From: an uncultured delta proteobacterium
GTDB taxonomy: Bacteria > Desulfobacterota > RBG-13-43-22
Assembly (NCBI GenBank): GCA_963802945.1
Contig: CAWDKY010000027.1
Span: 128,001-192,000 of the forward strand
Length of the DNA stretch: 64,000 nt
Direction of reading: 5' to 3'
This document shows positions 49,788-61,090 of the stretch, piece after piece (position 1 is the first letter of the stretch; each line of letters opens with the position of its first letter). The translations under genes and the position numbers were made by a program. The notes beneath the pieces were generated by a model, which was given only the letters and a program-made list of their open reading frames with translations, ran no database searches and was not told the origin of the DNA.

Positions 49788-51125
49788 CTAAGGGGCCACG
49801 TTTTTAAAGATCTGAGAGAAAACACCCCAGCTTTTTAGAAGATGGAGGGCGCTGGCTAATTGAGGATCATCCCCAGTTTCTCCGAATGACTTTTTCTCTT
49901 CAATCTGGAGGGATTCAGGCTCAGACTCTTTCCCTTTCCCTTCATCCTCCATGTGTCTTTCCAGGTCTTTTTCGCGAAGGGCTCTGGTTTCCTTTTCCGG
50001 GGTTTCCCCCTTTCTTAACGGCCTGCCTTTAATGATAATGTCGGGGGTTATCCCTTTGGCTTGGATGGAACGACCGCTGGGGGTAAAATAGCGGGCGGTG
50101 GTCAACTTAAGACCTGAGTTATCCTCCAAAGGAATAATGGTTTGAACCGACCCTTTTCCAAAGGTTTGGGTACCTAAAATAATGGCCCTTTTTTGATCCT
50201 GCAGGGCTCCGGCCACAATTTCCGAAGCGCTGGCACTCCCCTCATTGACCAGGACCACCAATGGATAGCTTCGGACAACCTTATTGGGATGGGCATTAAA
50301 TTTCTGGTTCTGTTCTTTGGTCCGTCCCTGGATGGAAACAATCACACCCGAGTCCAAAAATTCATCGGCTACTTTAATCGCTTCATTCAATAACCCGCCC
50401 GGGTCATTTCGAAGGTCAAGAACCAGACCTTTCAACCCTCCCTTGGTAGTCGAATCTAATTTGTTCAGGGCAGTTTGAAAATCATCACTGGTTTTTTCCT
50501 GAAAGGTACTGATCCGGACATAGCCGTAACCTTCCTCGAGCATCTTTGATTTGACACTCTTGATCGGGATGACATCCCTGACAATAGTATATTTTTTGGG
50601 TTCCTTGGCCCCTTCATGGAGAATAAGCAAGATGACCTTGGTCCCTTTTTGTCCCCGAATCAAACGGACGGCATCATTCAAGGTCATATTCTTAGTGTTT
50701 TTTTCATCAATCTGAAGGATTTTATCTCCTGGGGAAAGACCGGCTTTGTCGGCCGGGGTCTCTTCGATCGGGGAGACTACGGTCAAGACTCCATCCTTTG
50801 AGGTTATTTCGATCCCGATCCCACTGAAAATTCCGGAGGTTTCAATTTCCAATTCTTTGAATTCTTCGGGGGTGAGAAAGGTGGAATGGGGATCCAGGGT
50901 ATTCATCATTCCCCGGATGGCCCCATAAATCAGTTCCTTGGAATCCTTTTCTTCAACATATTTTTTCTGGATTTCATTCAGGGCTTCACTGAACACCTTG
51001 ATCTTTGGGAAGGTCTTCTCCACATCGGCGGCAGTAATACCCTCCCTGTGGATACCCACCAAAAAGAAAAAAACCATCACCAAAACGATCAACCCTAAAT
51101 ACTTTACTTTACAGCTTTTTTTCAT
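49788..51125 (-). CDS. ctpA: Carboxy-terminal processing protease (S41)
   Basis: LDPHS, a PDZ domain, DLRNDPGG, SASASE and TFGKGSVQ. Confidence 0.93.
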   Translation of the reverse strand: MKKSCKVKYLGLIVLVMVFFFLVGIHREGITAADVEKTFPKIKVFSEALNEIQKKYVEEKDSKELIYGAIRGMMNTLDPHSTFLTPEEFKELEIETSGIFSGIGIEITSKDGVLTVVSPIEETPADKAGLSPGDKILQIDEKNTKNMTLNDAVRLIRGQKGTKVILLILHEGAKEPKKYTIVRDVIPIKSVKSKMLEEGYGYVRISTFQEKTSDDFQTALNKLDSTTKGGLKGLVLDLRNDPGGLLNEAIKVADEFLDSGVIVSIQGRTKEQNQKFNAHPNKVVRSYPLVVLVNEGSASASEIVAGALQDQKRAIILGTQTFGKGSVQTIIPLEDNSGLKLTTARYFTPSGRSIQAKGITPDIIIKGRPLRKGETPEKETRALREKDLERHMEDEGKGKESEPESLQIEEKKSFGETGDDPQLASALHLLKSWGVFSQIFKNVAP

Positions 51126-51574
51126 AGTTCCCCCAAACCCTTTAGTTAATTAGCCTTATCTTTCATAAATTGATTGAACCGTATCGATAATTCAAGGGAT
51201 TGAATAATCAAGTTTTTAGTTCAAATTTCGGAGCTTTTAGGGTTTTCTTCCGAACTAATCGCTCCGAACAAAAAACTGCTTCTTCCCTCGAATCCTCCTT
51301 AAGGGTCTTTTCCTGTACTAAGTAACGGGTACGGCCCCATTCCCAACAATTCCATTTCATGGCCGCCGTTACATCAAAGCCCCCTCAAATCGACCAAAAC
51401 CTGACTTAAGTCTTGGCTTTTCTCATTTTTTTCTATTTTTCCACTTTAAAGTTATGAATTATATTCCATCCCTTATTAAGTCAAGCATTTTCTTTGCTTT
51501 TTTTCTAAAATAGGGTCCGGCAATAAATTTTCAACCCAATTTTACTTTTTTTTCTTTTTCAAGTTAAAAAAATC

Positions 51575-51603
51575 TTGACAAGAGTTGATCGAGAGTTTAC
51601 TTT
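51575..51603 (+). promoter_or_regulatory. Sigma70 promoter of the M-box operon
   Basis: TTGACA-17 nt-TACTTT just upstream of the aptamer. Confidence 0.6.
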
Positions 51604-51632
51604 CATTTTGTTTTTAGAATTTATGATGAGTT

Positions 51633-51800
51633 TGTCCTCGGTAGGTGAGGCTCCCGAGTAACACACAGGCCACTGCCCAAAAGCATCCAAAGATGCGGCG
51701 CATTAGGGTAGAACAGGCACTCCCGGATTAAGGGCTTGCTTAAGGTGGCTGAGGCGAAAGTCTCTTACGGTACACGGTGCCAAAGCTTGAACGAGTGGGG
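51633..51800 (+). ncRNA. M-box (ykoK) Mg2+ riboswitch
   Basis: CTCGGTAGGTGAGGCTCC...CTGCCCAAAAG...CCAAAGA...GGGTAGAACAG...TAAGG...GTGCCAAAGCT...ACGAG matches the ykoK consensus; upstream of metal transport genes. Confidence 0.93.
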
Positions 51801-51843
51801 AATTTAGGTTTTTCCGGAGCCTTTACGGCTTTCGAATTGTTTG

Positions 51844-51883
51844 GCCCTTTCTCTGCTCAACGGCTGAGGGAAAGGGCTTTTTT
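51844..51883 (+). terminator. Riboswitch expression-platform terminator
   Basis: GCCCTTTC...GAAAGGGC followed by a T-run. Confidence 0.8.
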
Positions 51884-52339
51884 ATTTTCTCCTCGGCCCT
51901 ATAAGATAACCTTTTTGGAGACAAAAGCTATGAAAGATAACGAAGACCAACCTCCCAGTAGGGGCGAGTCGCACAGTATGTTGTGGGAGTTGCGCCGGTG
52001 ATACGATAGTATCTGCTTTTCTTCCCTATCGCCTCACTCGCCCGCTTCTTCCACGACCTTTAGTGGTGAAAGCTGAGGGTGCAAGGCGGCCTGATTTCTT
52101 CCCAGGATCATCCAAAAAGTACCATTTCTTTCCCCATAATAACCTGTAAATCCTTCGCCTGAGGCTCTTCGTATCTCTTTCTTAGGTATATTTGTTTTTC
52201 GTAAACCGTCTTATAAACAAATGGTCACTCTTTCTTGATAAAACGGGGATGCTATCAGGGCCGGGACGGAAGATCTGGGACAGGCCCCCCAACCACCCCT
52301 TTTGCTTGAATTTGGAATGACTGGTCGGAGATTCTGAGG

Positions 52340-53609
52340 ATGCTTAATTTTTCCAAACTGTATTACATCTTTCGTCGGACATGGAAGGCCATCATGCTTT
52401 ACTTCATCCTTGCTGGTCCGGGGATCGTGGTGATGGTGGCTGATAATGATGCCGGTGGTATTACGACCTACGCCGCCACTGGTGCGAAGTTCGGTTATAA
52501 CCTCATCTGGTTTCTGATTATTCTTGTGCCTGTGGCCTATTACGTGCAGGAAATGACCGTTCGCTTAGGCGCCGTTACCAAACGGGGGCATGCGGAGGCC
52601 ATTTTCGCCGGGTTCGGTTCTTTCTGGGGATGGTTTTCACTTCTCGACCTGATGATGGTCAATTGGCTCACCCTGGTGACCGAGTTTATCGGCATGACCT
52701 CGGCCATGAGGATCTTCGGCATCCCGCCATACCTTACGGTCATAACTGTTAGTGTGGTAATGGGGATCATGGTCCTCCACGGCCGTTACTGGACCTGGGA
52801 AAAAATCGCCCTTTTCTTCTGTGCCATCAATCTTATTTACATACCCGGGGCCTTTCTGGTTAAACCGTCGGTATCGCAGATCATCCATACCGGCCTGATC
52901 CCCAATTTCCCGGGCGGCTTTCCATAATGAGTTGTTCTTTTTCCTAATGGCCAATATTGGGACGACCATCGCTCCCTGGATGCTCTTCTTCCAACAGAGC
53001 GCCGTGGTTGACAAGGCCCTGAAGGAAAAAGATATCCCCTGGGGTAAGCTCGACACCTTTATCGGCTCGATCATGACGGTGTTGGTTGCAATCTTCATCC
53101 TGGTGGTCACCGCCACGGTCTTAAAAGGGGTCAACATCGATGACGCAGCTCAGGCTTCGCAGATACTGATGAAAGGCAATAAGTATGTCGGCACCTTCAT
53201 GGCCATAGGATTATTCGATGCCGGTCTTCTCGGAGCGATCTGCATCTCTCTGGCCAGTTCCTGGGCCTTCGGAGAGGTCTTCGGCTGGGCCCACTCCTTA
53301 AACAACAAGATAAAAGAGGCCCCCTGGTTTTACGCCAACTATTTCTTTACCCTGATAACGGCCGGCCTCGTCGTCTTAATCCCCAATGCGCCGCTGGTGC
53401 TTATCACCTTGTTCGTCCAGGTCATCGCGGTCACGCTCCTACCCGCCGCCTTGGTCTTCCTGATCCTGCTTTTAAACAACAAGAAGATTATGGGAGAGTA
53501 CACCAACAACGTTTGGCAGAACACCGTCACCACGGTGATTGTTGTCATTATCGTCATCTTGTCCACTTTGTACGGAATCAGCACCCTGTTTCCGAACATG
53601 TTCAAATAG
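52340..53609 (+). pseudogene. NRAMP-family divalent cation transporter (Mg-type, NrmT-like), frameshifted near 52922
   Basis: GPG..VMVADNDAGGITTY, QEMTVRLG and ANIGTTIAPWMLFFQQS. One extra C joins the two ORFs, possibly a sequencing error. Confidence 0.8.
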
Positions 53610-53624
53610 GGAAGGAGAATTGTT

Positions 53625-53804
53625 ATGAACCCGATCAGGAATTTTATCAGCCATAATTATGCCAAGGTCCGCGACATAAACAAGAAGTACGCCACCCCCA
53701 ATATAGAAATGTCAGGAGCGGTCAAGTTTTCCCTTCTCTGCCTCCGCTTGTATCTGATCTTTCTCGTTGGTTTATTAATTTATAAATTCATTACCTTGTT
53801 GTAA
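53625..53804 (+). CDS. 59-aa small membrane protein in the M-box operon
   Basis: AGGAG RBS; MNPIRNF...KKYATP...LLCLRLYLIFLVGLLIYKF; below the ORF-track length cut-off. Confidence 0.7.
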   Translation: MNPIRNFISHNYAKVRDINKKYATPNIEMSGAVKFSLLCLRLYLIFLVGLLIYKFITLL

Positions 53805-53819
53805 GAGGGGAGGTCGATC

Positions 53820-55097
53820 ATGAATACCTTTATTTCCAAAGGACTGGAGGCCGATGAATCCGTTTATTTCCTTAGCGATATCATCCATACCAAAGTGATT
53901 TCCAAAGGAAAAAAAATAGGCAAATTGCGGGACATCGCCATTGTCGAGCATGATAAAATTCCCGAAGTGACCCATTTCATCATCAGCCGCCCATTCGGAT
54001 ACAAGCCTTTGTTGGTTCCCTGGGAGAGGATCAGGGAGATCGGCAAGAAATCCGTAACCATCGACATCGAATCACCGGAAAAGTATGAAGGGGAGCCGGA
54101 AGAACATCAGATTCTTCTTAATGACCATATCCTGGACAAGAAGGTGATCGACATGGACGATAAGGAGATCGACGTGGTCTATGACGTCAAGTTAGTACTT
54201 CGTCATGGTCGACTCTATGTAACCGATGTGGACTTCAGCAGGTATGGACTTCTGAAAAGATTGAGGCTGGCTCCAGTAGCCAATATGATATATAGTCTTG
54301 CGGAGATATTCAAAAAAGAAACGCTTTCCTGGGCCTATGTGCAACCTTTACCGGAACACATCGGAAGCTTTAAGGGAAACGTTAAGCTTAACGTCTTGAA
54401 AGAAAAACTTCCGGAGATCCATCCAGTAGATTTGGCGGATATCCTGGAGGAACTGGATGAGGGGCAGCGAACCGCCATCTTTAATGAGTTGGAGATGGAT
54501 CATGCCTCGGACACCCTGGAAGAGATAGAGCCCCGTGTACAGCGAAGCCTTATCTCATCAATGAGCAAAGAGAAAGTAGCCGACCTGATTGATGAAATGA
54601 CGGCGGCCCAAGCTGCCGACGTTCTGTCGGTCCTGCCGGCCTCAGAAGCGGAAGAAATCCTCAACCTGATGGAGCATGAAGAAGCGAAGAAGATTAAATC
54701 ATTGCTTGAAGAACAGAACGATACCATTGCTAATCTGACGACATCCAGCTTCATCTCTTCCCGTCCAACGGACACCATTTCCGAAGTGATTGAACATTAC
54801 CACAAGGTAGCCCCGGAGATGGATGTGACCAATTACGTATTTGTGCTTGATGGGGACAGCAAACTCATCGGAGTTCTCGGCACACAGGATCTCCTGATGG
54901 CCGAACCCTCCGATAAACTGGAAGATGTAATGAACACCGAAGTTATCAGCCTCGACTTCACGGACAGCATTGCCAAAGCGTCGGAGATGTTTACCCGATA
55001 TGGATTCCGGGCCATTCCGGTTACCGATAAAAATGATGTGATCCAAGGGGTCATTCCCTACCGCGATGTAATGAACCTAGAGCACAAATTTTCTTAG
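53820..55097 (+). CDS. Soluble PRC-barrel + MgtE N-terminal + CBS-pair protein
   Basis: IHPVDLADILEEL MgtE_N motif and CBS domains, with no TM domain. Confidence 0.85.
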   Translation: MNTFISKGLEADESVYFLSDIIHTKVISKGKKIGKLRDIAIVEHDKIPEVTHFIISRPFGYKPLLVPWERIREIGKKSVTIDIESPEKYEGEPEEHQILLNDHILDKKVIDMDDKEIDVVYDVKLVLRHGRLYVTDVDFSRYGLLKRLRLAPVANMIYSLAEIFKKETLSWAYVQPLPEHIGSFKGNVKLNVLKEKLPEIHPVDLADILEELDEGQRTAIFNELEMDHASDTLEEIEPRVQRSLISSMSKEKVADLIDEMTAAQAADVLSVLPASEAEEILNLMEHEEAKKIKSLLEEQNDTIANLTTSSFISSRPTDTISEVIEHYHKVAPEMDVTNYVFVLDGDSKLIGVLGTQDLLMAEPSDKLEDVMNTEVISLDFTDSIAKASEMFTRYGFRAIPVTDKNDVIQGVIPYRDVMNLEHKFS

Positions 55098-55132
55098 GGC
55101 GCCGAGAAGGTCAACATGTCAGAGAAATCGAT

Positions 55133-56525
55133 ATGGATAAGTTTCCTAAAAATACTAAAAAAAATAGGGGGGGTACAAAGGTAATCTGGCCTTTTCTCAT
55201 CATCTTCTTGATTGTGGCCCAAGGAACCGCTTATGCGGATGAAGGGCAAGAGAGCTGCTGGCCCGCCTGGTTTCCCCGGTTGCTCGGCGTTCAGTTTACA
55301 GGAATCTATCAAAGGATGCCTGATTTTAATAGCCCCTACATTGGAGATAACAGCCTCAGATTTGACCAAGGTAAAGGACAAAGTTTCACGCAAACCTACG
55401 GCATCTATCTGGGTTCCCGGATCAGCCAATCCTTGCAGATCTATCTTGACGTCGAGATGTTTAAGGGGAGCGGGATAAGCGACGGCCTCGGTCTTGGGGG
55501 CTACATGAATGGGGATTTCATCAGGGCCGGGGCCATGGGTTTGGGACAGGATCCCTACCTGGCCCGTTTTTATGCCCGTTATCTTATCCCACTCTCTTCA
55601 CAATTAACAGAGCCCCAGGAGCGGGCCATGGACCAGCTACCGGGTCCTGAACCGGCCGACCGGATAGAGATAAAGGTGGGTAAGCTCGCCCCACCGGACG
55701 ACTTCGATTTGAACCGTTACGCCAACAACGCCCGCACACAGTTTTTGAATTGTGCCTTCATTGTTAATACGGCCTGGGATTACGCTTCGGATACTAGAGG
55801 TTATACCATAGGCGCTTCCATCGCCCTGGTCCATCCTACTTGGAGGCTCATTTTCGGGAGCTATCAGGTACCGACGACCCGGAACGGGAATGTCCTCGAC
55901 GGCGAAATATACCGGGCCAGGGGGGATAACCTTGAGGCTCACGGTGAAACCGGGAACCAGGGGCACGGTGGTCCGTTTTCTTGCTTACCGCAATGAGGGA
56001 CGCATGGGCGATTTCCAGCAGGCCATTGACATTGGCCGTCAACAAGGAACCGTCCCGGATACTGTGGCGATCGAGAGTCCTGGCCACGTGAAATACGGTT
56101 TCGGCTTAAACTTGGAGCAGCCTATTGCCGATGAAGGAGAGACGGGCCTCTTTGTCAGGCTCGGCTGGGCCGATGGGTCCAACTCCGCCTGGTCCTACAC
56201 GGATGTTGATAGGATCGTATCTGCCGGTATACAGATAAGCGGTCGAAAATGGGGCCGAACCCAAGATCGTCTGGATTTCGCTTTGGCGCTACAAGGATTA
56301 TCCAAGGTCCACAGGGATTACCTGGCGGATGGAGGCATCGGTTTGGACATCGGCGACGGAAAGCTCAACTATGGTTCTGAAAGGATATTCGAAGCTTACT
56401 ATCTGATCCAACTCGGACACTACGTGCAGCTAAGCCCGGATTTCCAGTACATCGAGAACCCTGGGTTTAACCAGGATAGAGGCCCCGTTACCGTTTATTC
56501 CCTACGGTTACGAGTTAACTATTGA
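55133..56525 (+). pseudogene. OprB-family (carbohydrate/metal-selective) porin, frameshifted near 55937
   Basis: AWDYASDTRGY and EAYY...SPDFQYIENPGFNQDRGP; a single extra base splits the ORF. Confidence 0.75.
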
Positions 56526-56655
56526 AGTGAGCTAAAAGCTTATTCAATACGAGGAACTTGAAATTTAAAAGGATAAAAAAATAGCGTCATTATCTACATT
56601 TCTCCCTCGAGTGAAACCTTTGTTCAGAAAACATTAAATGCTTCAAAATAGAGTC

Positions 56656-56862
56656 AACCGTCTCATTATAGTATTGTCCCGGTGAGGCTATATTTTCTTC
56701 CGTCTGTGTCTTTAGAGCTGGCCTTTTCTTCGGACTTATTCACGAGGGATACTTTGCCCTCTCCGCATTCTCGTCCGCCAAGAGACAGCGCCCTTTCGCC
56801 AATGACTCCAGAAAAACCAGCCTCACCTGCCGGGGTCAATTAATTACTATTATGAGACGGTT
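56656..56862. mobile_element. MITE-like element
   Basis: TIRs AACCGTCTCATTATAGTA / TACTATTATGAGACGGTT (17/18) plus an inner GGTGAGGCT/AGCCTCACC pair. Confidence 0.6.
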
Positions 56863-56993
56863 AATCAGTGATAATTTTGTCATCAATGGGGTCAGGCAAT
56901 GGTAATAACGTATTTTTTTAGATTCATTCCCTTGATTTCCCCACTCTTTAAATAGTACAATTGTCCCAATTTTTCCTGAGAAAAGGGCTTAAA

Positions 56994-57769
56994 ATGTCGA
57001 AAATAAAAATTAGCGCTGAATTGTCCCATCTCTGCCCATTAACGGAGATCGTCCAACAGGCCAGGGTTCTTGAAGATAAAGGGTTTTACCGGGTCTGGGT
57101 CCCGGATACGATAGTATCTCCTTGGGAGGCCTGGCTGGCAGCTTCCCTAATCATTCAAAATACCTCCAGGCTGAGAATCGGACTGGGCGTTACCAATCCC
57201 TACACACGACATCCGGTAATTATGGCCCAGATGGCCTGCACCCTTCAGGCCTTGAGCCAAGGAAGATTAACCCTGGCTATCGGCAAGGGTATTGCCCGAT
57301 TCCTCACCAAAGCCGGGATAGGACAACATGAAAAGGCGGTTGAGGAATGCGTGACCATCCTCCGCCCATTGATCAACGGCGAACGATTCAGCTTTGAGGG
57401 GCAGGCTTTTCGATTAGATTCCGTTCAATTGAGGATCGATCCGCCGGAAGAGAACATTCCCATTTATTTGGCGGCTATTGGCCCTTCCGGCTGGGAAAAG
57501 GCCGCCCGCCTGGCCGATGGCGTTTCCACTTTCTGGGGGAAAACATCCAAGAATCGCGTCAGCGATACCTGAACGAGAAGCCTCTCCCAGTGGCTGTCCT
57601 GATTCCCTTTTCCTTAACCCGAACCGATTTTTTCCCGAATACGGTTCATTCCGAAGAAATACTGGCCGAACGGATAAACGAACTGGGAGAGGCGGGATTT
57701 GATGAGATCATCATCGCCTATGCTGAAATGAAGGACCTGGAATTCGTTCCGGGTACGCTCGGACAATAG
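56994..57769 (+). pseudogene. LLM-class flavin-dependent oxidoreductase, frameshifted in a G/A homopolymer near 57540
   Basis: GVTNPYTRHP, LSQGR..LAIGKG and IYLAAIGP; the C-terminus GFDEIII is in a shifted frame. Confidence 0.75.
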
Positions 57770-57965
57770 CGAATTCAGCAGGGACATTTTAACCTTGGAT
57801 GCACCATTCCATTTTTCTTCTTGACCCTCCGACCTTCCTATTTTATATTCTTTCCGGCCTGATGGAATACCTGACTAAAAAGCTCCCTTGCCTTTCTTCA
57901 TGGATAATCAATCGCCCCGACCGCAATTACTTACAAAATAATTGCCCGGAATAAAGAAGGAGAAA

Positions 57966-59228
57966 ATGACCGATCAAAGCGACTTATCTGACCAAACGAT
58001 TATTAGACAAAAGGAGGATCCCTATAAAGTCACTTCCGAACTGTTAGATGACGGCCATACCGAACTGACCTGTTTCTTTTTTCATCATGGGGCTAATTTC
58101 TATGTCTTCAGTTACAAAAGTACAGGGATTAGACGCCACACCTTTATTGATAGCGGAGACCCCAGGTATGAGGATCGAATCCTTTCCATTTTAACAAAGC
58201 ATAAAATCAATCCCGAGCATATTGAACAAATTATTATTACCCACCGGCACTACGATCATTGCGGTCTGGCCGATCTCCTGGCCGAAAGATCCGGAGCAAA
58301 AGTTATGGTCCATACTAACTTCCGGGATTTCATAGAGGGTCCAATTAGCGAAGTGGACCGAATCTGGATAGGAGGGTTTGAGCCTTCACGACTCCGGAAA
58401 TGTCGGATTGAATATCTCTCCCCATCGGAGGGAAGCGGTCCAGTGCCTATCGACGGCTTGGATTTTCCCGCTCTGACCGAATGGATTCCAATCGGCGATT
58501 CAGGCGGTCTAAAGGTCCTAGCCTGCCCGGAAAGCACAATTATGCACAGTCCCGATCAGATCATCGTCCATTACAGACCTAACCATTTTCAGGGACAAGA
58601 TCGACCAACGAGTCATTTCCTCTTCTCAGGGGATCTATGGTTGATGCACGGCCCCCTTTTCTCCAAAGGCTTCAGAGAGTTTTCCCTTCGTCTCAGAATG
58701 GCCTCCTTGCAGGCCAAAGGGATATTGAGCGGAAGAAGGCCGCCCAGAAGGGATCCCCGCCTACAGGATACCGAGGCCAAAGAAGCCCTCAAACATGGAT
58801 TCTGTCTGATCCGGGTCATGCCGGGCCATGGGGAAGATTTTATAGGAACCCGCATGGTCCCCTTATGTTTCCTATGCGACCGTGATCTCCTGGTTGAATT
58901 GGGCTATACTATGAATGATAAAAAAGCTATCTTAAAATCCGACAACCTTGTACAAAAAATCAAAACCATAAGGGAAAAGGCCTATGCCGGCTTTTTGAAA
59001 GAATTACTCCTGTGGCAAGAGGTTGGCTACAGTACAATGGAGATGTCTGATTTGCTGACACGAATCTATAAAGAGCAAAAGGGCGGGGGACCTCTGGTTC
59101 AGGAAGACAGGCGGGAAAGAAGATTAAGGATAAAGGAAACCCTGGACAGGTTAAGGGATGAAGGAACCAATGCTGACGGGTTCAGGGAGTTAGCTGAATC
59201 AACTTTGTCAAAACTTGAGAATATATAA
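57966..59228 (+). CDS. Metallo-beta-lactamase fold hydrolase
   Basis: IDSG, THRHYDH, HSPD, SGD and PGHG motifs. Confidence 0.85.
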   Translation: MTDQSDLSDQTIIRQKEDPYKVTSELLDDGHTELTCFFFHHGANFYVFSYKSTGIRRHTFIDSGDPRYEDRILSILTKHKINPEHIEQIIITHRHYDHCGLADLLAERSGAKVMVHTNFRDFIEGPISEVDRIWIGGFEPSRLRKCRIEYLSPSEGSGPVPIDGLDFPALTEWIPIGDSGGLKVLACPESTIMHSPDQIIVHYRPNHFQGQDRPTSHFLFSGDLWLMHGPLFSKGFREFSLRLRMASLQAKGILSGRRPPRRDPRLQDTEAKEALKHGFCLIRVMPGHGEDFIGTRMVPLCFLCDRDLLVELGYTMNDKKAILKSDNLVQKIKTIREKAYAGFLKELLLWQEVGYSTMEMSDLLTRIYKEQKGGGPLVQEDRRERRLRIKETLDRLRDEGTNADGFRELAESTLSKLENI

Positions 59229-59355
59229 AGAGCCCACCGCACCGAACTCCAAATGTTTTTTTCTTAAATCATTTCAAATCTATCCTTTTTTATTTGATTT
59301 TTTTAAATCAAAAGTACTTACTTTATTATATAAACATAAACAAAAGGATGTCTTT

Positions 59356-59586
59356 ATGAACACCGCAAAATTATTTAAGAACGGAAGCAGCCAAGCAGTT
59401 CGCCTCCCGAAGGAATTCAAATTCCGGGGGGATGAAGTCTATTTAAAAAAAATCGGCAACCTGGTGGTCTTGATCCCCAAAAGTGATCCCTGGGACTCTC
59501 TCATCCGCAGTCTCGATCATTTTTCCGATGATTTCATGAACGAGAGAAATCAATCCGAGTTAGAAAAGTGGAAGACCTTATCATAA
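59356..59586 (+). CDS. vapB: VapB (AbrB/MazE-type) antitoxin
   Basis: MNTAKLFKNGSSQAVRLPKEFKF. Confidence 0.9.
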   Translation: MNTAKLFKNGSSQAVRLPKEFKFRGDEVYLKKIGNLVVLIPKSDPWDSLIRSLDHFSDDFMNERNQSELEKWKTLS

Positions 59587-59980
59587 AATTCCTCCTTGAT
59601 ACCAACATCTGCATTTACATTATTAAAAAGAAACCCCCTCAAGTCTTAAGAAAGTTCAAGACTTTTAAGATCAATGACCTCGGCATATCGTGCATCACCT
59701 TGGCGGAACTGGAATTCGGGGTACACTTCAGCCATTATCCGGGAAAAACCAGGAAGCTTTGAATGAATTTATAAGTCCTCTGGAAATTATCCCTTTTGAT
59801 GATCGGGCGGCTATCAGTTACGGAGAAATTCGGGCTTACCGGCAGAGAAAAGGATTGAAAATAGGGGCCATGGATATGCTGATCGCCGACCAGGCCAAAA
59901 GTCTTTCCATACCTTTAGTAACCAATAATTTAAAAGAATTCAAAAGAATCCCGGGCCTGCAGGCTGAAAATTGGGTATAG
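59583..59980 (+). pseudogene. vapC: VapC PIN-domain toxin, frameshifted, start codon apparently ATA
   Basis: FLLDTNICIY...ELEFG, then a shifted frame with IGAMDMLIA...LVTNN.KEFKRI. Confidence 0.8.
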
Positions 59981-60115
59981 CGGTTTTCTCTTCACGACAT
60001 CTTTTTGAACCCTTTATTTATCTTATTTGGCTTTTGCTGTATTTTTCTGGTAAACTAGTTTAAAGTTGGTTAAAAATCAAACTGAATGTTCATTTTTTGA
60101 ACGGTAAGGGGGAAA

Positions 60116-60382
60116 ATGATACCAATTGAATATGATATCATTGTCTTTAAGGAAGATCACACCTATGTGGCCTATTGTCCCGAACTCGACATTTCAAGCT
60201 GTGGTCAGGATGTTCAACAGGCCAAGGAAATGCTGAAGACAGCGGTCAGGCTTTTTGTAGAAGAAGCGGAAAAAATGGGGACCCTTGAAGACATCCTGGA
60301 AGAATCAAGATATAAGAAAGACCCTGCCGGACGATGGATACCTCCCAAGCTTGTAGCCACAGAATTGGTCAGCGCCTATTAA
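60116..60382 (+). CDS. HicB-like antitoxin, followed by a few codons (MPKIIP) of a truncated partner
   Basis: YVAYCPELDISSCG....A..ML..AVRLF. Confidence 0.75.
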   Translation: MIPIEYDIIVFKEDHTYVAYCPELDISSCGQDVQQAKEMLKTAVRLFVEEAEKMGTLEDILEESRYKKDPAGRWIPPKLVATELVSAY

Positions 60383-61090
60383 TATGCCCAAAATTATTCC
60401 GACTTCCTGTGGGGGCCTTGCACATAGTCTCGGCGGTTGGTCTCAGGTGGCTTCGTTGTCAAAATGAAAATATAATATGAAACATTATGACAAGGTATCC
60501 GATAAAAGTACTTTTTTACCGCATCAATGATTTTATCTTAATCCCTATGAGCTTTGAGCCTTCATCTATGAGCTATCCACATTTGTGAAGTTAACATTTC
60601 CTTGCTTTTTGAATGAAGTTTTCCGGTCAAACAACCGGTTGAATGGATAGCTGAGCAGACAATCAATTTTTTTTATAGTCAAAAATTTAGACTTTTTTAA
60701 AGGACATTCAGTTGAAATTAAATTGGAGAAAAGGTCAAAACCAGACTTGGCCCCCCTTCCCTCAGTTTGGAGATGTTCAACCCTAAAAAGTGCTTCAAGT
60801 TTTGCCCATCATGAGAGAGGAATAGCATGCCCGAAGGATTACCCTATTTCTGTATATTCTGAAAAATGACATGATATACAGAAATAGTAAAATTGACGAA
60901 TAAAAAAGCTACCCCAAAATAATAGTTTATTTTTGGTGAGTTAAGTTGATTATGGTATAGTAAAGATAAACAGGCAATAAAAATCCTCATTGCCTATAGT
61001 CTTTAAGAACCCCTTAGGTTGGGGAGATATACAGAAAAACTTTAGAATAACTTGTTGGCGCCGCTATACTCAAAGATTTAAGGAAACGAA

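Noticed and set aside
52900-57560. Programmed frameshifting in the NRAMP, porin and LLM genes
   Set aside because: No shared slippery motif; scattered single indels are better explained by sequencing error or decay.
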